Source of the DNA: a virus
Lineage: Duplodnaviria; Caudoviricetes
DNA length: 64,000 nt
Reading direction: 5' to 3' (one strand)
IMG/VR virus record: IMGVR_UViG_3300029305_003246
Location: 32,001-96,000 of that record
The position numbers and the translations under genes are program-made. The notes beneath the pieces were generated by a model. That model was not told the origin of the DNA and ran no database searches. It saw nothing but the letters and a program-made list of their open reading frames with translations. This document shows, one piece after another, positions 58,384 through 64,000 of this stretch (positions are counted from its first letter, which is position 1; each line of letters starts with the position of its first letter).

Positions 58384-59865
58384 ATGGCAAATATACAATA
58401 CATTGATGCAGCAGCATTAAAACGTGCATTGGTTAAATTCTTAGAGGGAGCTGATGCTAGATTCTTAGGAATAGACGCTAATGCAGTATCAGCTAGTAAA
58501 TTACAAGTAGCAGTTAAAATCAACGGTATAGACTTTGATGGTACTCAAAACGTTGATATCAAAGCAGATAATATCGAAGATTTCGAAGCAAAAGTTGCAG
58601 AAATATTAGGAGATGCAGAAACTACTCACGTACATGATAACAAAGGTGTACTTGATGGTATAACTCAAGAAATGCTTGACGAGTTTGCAGCAAAAATAGG
58701 TGTTGAAGACGTTGAATTATTACTTTACACTAATGCTAACATGTCTGAAGTTAAAGACGTTAAAGGTGCATTAGATACTATAGTATTAAATGTTGTTGCA
58801 TTAACTAATAGAGTTAAAGCATTAGAAGATAAAGACGTTGAAATAGCAGGACAAATAGAAGCTATAGAAGGCGAAATAGACGGTATAGATGAAGCTATAG
58901 TACAAATAAATGCTAAAGATGGAGAACAAGATGGCAAAATACAAGCTTTAGAAGGTAAAGTTGGAGAAGATGGCGAAAATGCTAGTGGATTATTCGCTAA
59001 AATAAATGCAGTTGAAGCTAAAGCAGACCAAGCTCAACAAGAAGTTGACGCAGTTGAAGGTAGAGTTGGAGCTTTAGAAGCTAAAGACGAAGAAGTTGCA
59101 GGAGAATTAGAAAGAATAGAAGGAAAAGTTGACGTTGCTCAAGGCGAAATAGATGCTTTAGAAGGTGTAGTAGAACAAGTTAAAAAAGATTTCGCAGCAG
59201 GTGACGCTCAAGCTTTAGCAGATGCTAAAAAATATGCAGATGAAGAAATAGCTAAATTAGTTGATTCAGCTCCAGATGCTATGAATACATTAAATGAATT
59301 AGCTAAAGCAATAGGTGACCATCAAGATGTTTATGATGCATATGTTGCAGAAGTTTCAGGAGAATTAGCTAAAAAAGTTGATAAAGTTGAAGGAAAATCT
59401 TTAATAGATGACACAGAAATAGCTAGATTAAAAAATGTTGATAACTACAATGATACTGAAGTTAGAGGTTTAATAAGTGGTCTAGAAGGAAAACATGACC
59501 AACATGTTCAAGATATAAATGCTAATTTAGATAAAAAAGTAGATAAAGTTGAAGGAAAATCTTTAATACTAGATACTGAAATAACTAGATTAGCTACTCT
59601 TCATAACTACGATGATGCAGAAGTTAGAGGATTAATAGATGCTTGTGAAGCTAAAGATGTTGAGCAAGATGGAAGATTAGATGCAATAGAAGCTAAAGAC
59701 GTTGCTCAAGATGGTAGATTAGATGTTATAGAAGCAGCATTACCATTAAAAGCAGTTAAAACTGAAGTTGAAGCAGCATTAGCATTAAAAGCAAATGTAG
59801 CAGACATAGTAGCAATAACTGAAGCAGAAGTTGACTCTATAGTTGGAGAAGTATTCGGAGAATAG
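58384..59865 (+). CDS. Coiled-coil tail fibre-like protein
   Basis: INGIDFDGTQN, LVDSAPDAMNTLNELA, KVDKVEGKSL repeats. Confidence 0.75.
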   Translation: MANIQYIDAAALKRALVKFLEGADARFLGIDANAVSASKLQVAVKINGIDFDGTQNVDIKADNIEDFEAKVAEILGDAETTHVHDNKGVLDGITQEMLDEFAAKIGVEDVELLLYTNANMSEVKDVKGALDTIVLNVVALTNRVKALEDKDVEIAGQIEAIEGEIDGIDEAIVQINAKDGEQDGKIQALEGKVGEDGENASGLFAKINAVEAKADQAQQEVDAVEGRVGALEAKDEEVAGELERIEGKVDVAQGEIDALEGVVEQVKKDFAAGDAQALADAKKYADEEIAKLVDSAPDAMNTLNELAKAIGDHQDVYDAYVAEVSGELAKKVDKVEGKSLIDDTEIARLKNVDNYNDTEVRGLISGLEGKHDQHVQDINANLDKKVDKVEGKSLILDTEITRLATLHNYDDAEVRGLIDACEAKDVEQDGRLDAIEAKDVAQDGRLDVIEAALPLKAVKTEVEAALALKANVADIVAITEAEVDSIVGEVFGE

Positions 59866-59876
59866 TATAATTTAGG

Positions 59877-59907
59877 GAGGTGGGAGTTGTTCTCCCACCT
59901 CTTTTTT
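59877..59907 (+). terminator. Rho-independent terminator
   Basis: gaggtgggag-ttgtt-ctcccacctc plus T run. Confidence 0.8.
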
Positions 59908-59935
59908 ATATAAATCAGTTAAGAGGGGTGATATA

Positions 59936-60187
59936 GTGGTTGGATTTGAAAATCTAAATACATTCAAACATTTTGTTGAAAAGTTGAAAGATATTTTAGC
60001 GACTATCTCTTATGTTAACGAGTTAGATGCTAAAAATCTAAAAACAGGAAATTATAATTCTCTAAACACTTCTAATAAAACAGTTATTGGTTCAATAAAT
60101 GAAGTAAATTCGTTTTTACAAGTAGACTACAATGATTTAATGCAAGATATTAATGAAATTGGAGCATCATTGCCAGATAATAGTTAG
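59936..60187 (+). CDS. Small fibre-related protein
   Basis: LNTSNKTVIGSINEV motif. Confidence 0.6.
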   Translation: MVGFENLNTFKHFVEKLKDILATISYVNELDAKNLKTGNYNSLNTSNKTVIGSINEVNSFLQVDYNDLMQDINEIGASLPDNS

Positions 60188-60229
60188 TATATATTAAGTA
60201 AGTAAATAAAATTGAAAGGAGTCGATTAA

Positions 60230-61732
60230 ATGGCAAACTTAAATGATGTATTACAAGGTCTAGTCAACTTGAACTCCAAGATGGCAAATAATATAAATAG
60301 CATGTTAGATAGTATTGGTGAAGGTTTCCTTGATGTTGGGGAAATATCTTTTAATGGCAATACTGTAACATTGTCAAATGCAGTAGTTCTTGTAAATGGT
60401 TCAAATAAACAAGTTCCAAATCTATCTGCAACATTTACGGGCAATCAAATATGCTTTTTAGAGTTTAAAGCCAATAAGAGTTTCGCTTTAAAATTAGTAA
60501 ATGTTACTGATGCGAATTTCAATTATAATTCTTCATCATTAACATCTACATCCAAACATTTCGCAGTAGCACGCCGTTATGGTAGTGTTATTGAAGATGT
60601 TAGAGTTATTGGAATGGTGTCTGATGATAAGACTATAGTAGGAGCTTTAAATGGAGCATTAAAAGCTATCGATTTAGATAATAGTGCAGATTTAGAGCTT
60701 AACTTAGATGCATTATCTAGAATATCTGCATTAGAAACTAACAAAGTCGATAGAACTTATGTAACTAACTATGTTAGTACAGCAATAAAAGATAAAATAG
60801 AAAAGTCTTATGTTGATGATAATTTTGTATCTAAAACTGATAATAATTTCGTATCTAAAACTGATAATAATTTAGCAACTACTGATAAGACTATAGTAGG
60901 TGCGATTAATGAGGTTTTTCAACGTGGCAATAATGTGAAACAATTGTTAGTAGACGCATTAATTGCCAAAGATGTTACAGCATCTACTGACGAAAGTTTC
61001 GAAAGTTTAATAGGTAAAATTAGTGAAATCCAAGGTGGTTCAGGAGGTACTCCTATAACAAGTTATGCGACGATAACCGTAAATTCATCTGATTTAGTTC
61101 TAAATGGTGATTACTATTACTACTCAATAGAATCTTTTGATTGGGATAATATAACTCTTATTTTAGCCGATGTTAAAGCAATTGATGACGATATAGGATT
61201 TACTCAATATTATACCAATATATTATATCCACCAGAAAGATTTGCAGGGAAATATACATTCTTTGTAGGAAATTTTAATGGTAATGGAGGAACAAGTGTT
61301 TATGAGGGTTCAAGTTGGGATTCAATACCAATAATGAAATCAACAGATAACTTTAGTAATGGGACTCTAACTATTTTTTACAAAGCAGGAACAGTTTCAA
61401 ATTCTCGTGGTCTAACTTCACTTAGTCAAGAAACCACTCAATATCGTTCTGTTGATTACAATACTATTGATTTAAATTCTATACCAGGTAAATTTGATTA
61501 TATTATATTTGATTTTTATGCTCATACAGTCGATGCCGACGGATGTAATATGACTGTAATATATGATTGTAACTCCAAGAAATGTTGTTACATGATTCGA
61601 GGGTATTATAAGTATTGCTATCAATTTGATAATGTACCTTCCAATTTAATTCCTATATTACGTTCAGATTTATCTTCAATAGAGCAGGTTTATTATACAG
61701 GTTTCATTGCAAATAATGGTACGATTGGATAG
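60230..61732 (+). CDS. Tail fibre-like protein
   Basis: DKTIVGA.N motif twice; KQLLVDALIAK...SFESLI.KI. Confidence 0.7.
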   Translation: MANLNDVLQGLVNLNSKMANNINSMLDSIGEGFLDVGEISFNGNTVTLSNAVVLVNGSNKQVPNLSATFTGNQICFLEFKANKSFALKLVNVTDANFNYNSSSLTSTSKHFAVARRYGSVIEDVRVIGMVSDDKTIVGALNGALKAIDLDNSADLELNLDALSRISALETNKVDRTYVTNYVSTAIKDKIEKSYVDDNFVSKTDNNFVSKTDNNLATTDKTIVGAINEVFQRGNNVKQLLVDALIAKDVTASTDESFESLIGKISEIQGGSGGTPITSYATITVNSSDLVLNGDYYYYSIESFDWDNITLILADVKAIDDDIGFTQYYTNILYPPERFAGKYTFFVGNFNGNGGTSVYEGSSWDSIPIMKSTDNFSNGTLTIFYKAGTVSNSRGLTSLSQETTQYRSVDYNTIDLNSIPGKFDYIIFDFYAHTVDADGCNMTVIYDCNSKKCCYMIRGYYKYCYQFDNVPSNLIPILRSDLSSIEQVYYTGFIANNGTIG

Positions 61733-61799
61733 TATTAAATAATATATCAAAAGGGAGGAGAAATTTCTCCCTTTATTCTTAAAAAGAGGTGATAATTAA

Positions 61800-64000
61800 A
61801 TGGCAAAGCCAAAGTTTATACAAGAAAATGGTGAAACTATTATACCAATTACGCATGAAGATGCCGTACTTGATAATAATGGTCAAAGTATCTCATCTAA
61901 ATATGTACAAAGAGAAGATTCATCTTTAATGACTACATCTAAAAATGTAGTTGATGCTATAAATGAATTATCTATGGAATCTGTCACTACTGAGTCTTAT
62001 ACTAACGGTGATGATATCCAAATAGAACAAATAGATTATTCTGATGTTATAGATGATGTAACTTCTTTACAAACTGATGTAGGTGATTTAAGTTCTTTAC
62101 AAACTAAAGATAAATCGAATTTAGTCGGTGCATTAAACGAGCTTTTTCAAGATGTCGATAGTGGAAAACAACTCATAGCCGACGCTATCGACGATGAGAA
62201 TATTACTAAAAATTCTACATTTAGTGCTATGAGTGAGGCAATAACAAATATAAAACAGTCAGCAGGCTCAGGTTCCCCTACTGATGGAAGATTGGCTCTT
62301 TATTATGAGATGATAGATAAGGGATACGTTGAAGCTAATGAAACTATGTCTATTAATGAGTTAGTTAATTTACTTGAAGAATGTGACTTTGACCCTAATG
62401 AAGTTAAACAAATTTTTAGTGGTGACCAACATACATTCCTTATAAAAAATGACGGAAGTTTATGGGCATGTGGATATAACAGTTATGGTCAGTTAGGGCT
62501 AGGTACTACTTCTACTAAATACACATTTACTCAAGTTACTGAAAACATAAACAACGATGTTGAACGAGTATTTTGTTTTTCCAGTCATACATTCATTTTA
62601 AAAACTGATGGTACATTATGGGCTAGTGGTTGGAATTCACATGGTCAATTAGGATTAGGTGATAATACAAATAGGAATACTTTCACTAAAGTTGAAGGTA
62701 TGGACTCTAATGTTAAGGAAGTTGTTTGTGGGTCAACTTATACATTCCTTATAAAAAATGACGGAAGTTTATGGGCAACTGGGGGTAACAGTTATGGATA
62801 TTTAGGATTAGGGGATACTACTAATAGAAATACATTCACTAAAGTAACTACTAATATAAATAACGACGTGAAACAAGCAACTTTTGGGGGTGGTCATGCA
62901 TTTATAGTGAAGACTGATGGAAGTTTATGGGGTTGTGGTCTTAATAATGTTGGACAATTAGGGTTAAATGATGCTACTAATAGAACTACATTCACTAAAG
63001 TAACTACTAATATAAATAACGACGTGAAACAAGTAGTTTGTGGAGATAGACATACTGTTATATTAAAAAATGATGGCAGTGTATGGAGTAGTGGTAGAAA
63101 TGCATATGGAAGTTTAGGGCTAGGTGATACTTCTAATAGAACTACATTCACTCAAGCAGTAAATAATGTTAAACAAATATCTTGTCATTGTTATACGACA
63201 GTAATACAAAGAAATGACGGAACTTTATGGGCTTGTGGTTATAATGATTATGGGCAATTTGGTATAAGCGATACTGATTATAAGACTACTTTCATTCAAA
63301 TTGCTCAGGATATAGGTACTAATATTAGAGAGGTAATAGTAGGTTATCGTACCACTTTTATTATTATGAACGATGGTACGATATATGCAGCAGGTTATAA
63401 TTATTATGGACAACTAGGGTTAGATCCAAACACTGAACGATATAAGACATTCACCATTACATTACCACTTGATACTTCTCCAGAGTATCAAGATAAATTA
63501 AAGGTATATCAATTCTTAAAAAGTGCTATAGGTTTACCAGTTAGAGGTTCAATGTCTATTGAAGAACTGTTGGAAATTCTAATAGATAAAGGAGACCAGC
63601 TTGAAGATGTTTTAGTTGATGTTAAAGATACTTTAATTAATCTAATGCAAGATAATAACCATATTATTACTGATGAAAGTCTTGATAGTCTATTAGATTT
63701 ATTGAAAAAAAGTAATATTGATATTGGTGGTATTAAACAAATAGCTTGTGGTAGTTATCATGCAGTTGTATTAAAAAATGACGGAAGTGTATGGACTACA
63801 GGTTATAATAATAGGGGTCAATTAGGAGTAGGTGATACTAGTAATAGGACTACATTCACCAAAGTAACAACTAATATAAACAATGACGTAAAACAAATAG
63901 CTTGTGGTAATCAACATACATTCATCCTAAAGAATGATGATAGTGTATGGTCTTGTGGTTATAATGTTAGTGGACAATTAGGATTAGGTAATATTCCTAA
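61800..64000 (+). CDS. RCC1-repeat receptor-binding protein, 3'-truncated by window edge
   Basis: ATG61800 behind GAGGTG, open to the end; repeated HTF.LK.DG.LW..G.N..GQLGLG; absent from ORF track. Confidence 0.85.
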   Translation, partial: MAKPKFIQENGETIIPITHEDAVLDNNGQSISSKYVQREDSSLMTTSKNVVDAINELSMESVTTESYTNGDDIQIEQIDYSDVIDDVTSLQTDVGDLSSLQTKDKSNLVGALNELFQDVDSGKQLIADAIDDENITKNSTFSAMSEAITNIKQSAGSGSPTDGRLALYYEMIDKGYVEANETMSINELVNLLEECDFDPNEVKQIFSGDQHTFLIKNDGSLWACGYNSYGQLGLGTTSTKYTFTQVTENINNDVERVFCFSSHTFILKTDGTLWASGWNSHGQLGLGDNTNRNTFTKVEGMDSNVKEVVCGSTYTFLIKNDGSLWATGGNSYGYLGLGDTTNRNTFTKVTTNINNDVKQATFGGGHAFIVKTDGSLWGCGLNNVGQLGLNDATNRTTFTKVTTNINNDVKQVVCGDRHTVILKNDGSVWSSGRNAYGSLGLGDTSNRTTFTQAVNNVKQISCHCYTTVIQRNDGTLWACGYNDYGQFGISDTDYKTTFIQIAQDIGTNIREVIVGYRTTFIIMNDGTIYAAGYNYYGQLGLDPNTERYKTFTITLPLDTSPEYQDKLKVYQFLKSAIGLPVRGSMSIEELLEILIDKGDQLEDVLVDVKDTLINLMQDNNHIITDESLDSLLDLLKKSNIDIGGIKQIACGSYHAVVLKNDGSVWTTGYNNRGQLGVGDTSNRTTFTKVTTNINNDVKQIACGNQHTFILKNDDSVWSCGYNVSGQLGLGNIP

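Overview
The window is part of a large, AT-rich (about 30% GC by eye) tailed dsDNA phage genome, with essentially all genes on the + strand. The host is most likely a spore-forming Clostridia, probably Peptostreptococcaceae-like. This is inferred from the class B sortase, the YyaC spore protease and an RCC1-repeat tail protein. Layout: 1-11 kb carries DNA metabolism, modification and transcription genes (secreted amidase, two tandem DUF2156/GNAT-like proteins beside a DNA methyltransferase, DnaX-like clamp loader, sigma-like and Mor-like proteins, ThyX). 11-34 kb is an accessory region of many small ORFs built as promoter-RBS-ORF-terminator cassettes, with two recurrent promoter motifs, two more sigma factors, an orphan MazF, a YhaM-like nuclease, a sortase B with a frameshifted substrate, an ArdA-like protein and several ORF-less structured RNA candidates. 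34-38.6 kb holds the terminase large subunit (NUMOD1-like N-terminus) and a T4-type portal. 41-64 kb holds tail/fibre genes (metallophosphoesterase; giant CotH/LRR/BspA protein; BppU; collagen-like and RCC1 proteins) around a lysis cassette. The best candidates for something new are: (i) the 24.0-25.5 kb locus of structured RNAs interleaved with paralogous acidic proteins, including a repeat RNA presenting the same GAUUUA loop on covarying stems; (ii) the DUF2156 x2 + methyltransferase operon; (iii) the phage sortase/substrate module; (iv) strand-asymmetric avoidance of GCTG/CCTG. All family calls come from motif recognition by eye, not database searches. No tRNA, CRISPR array, integrase or reverse transcriptase was seen.
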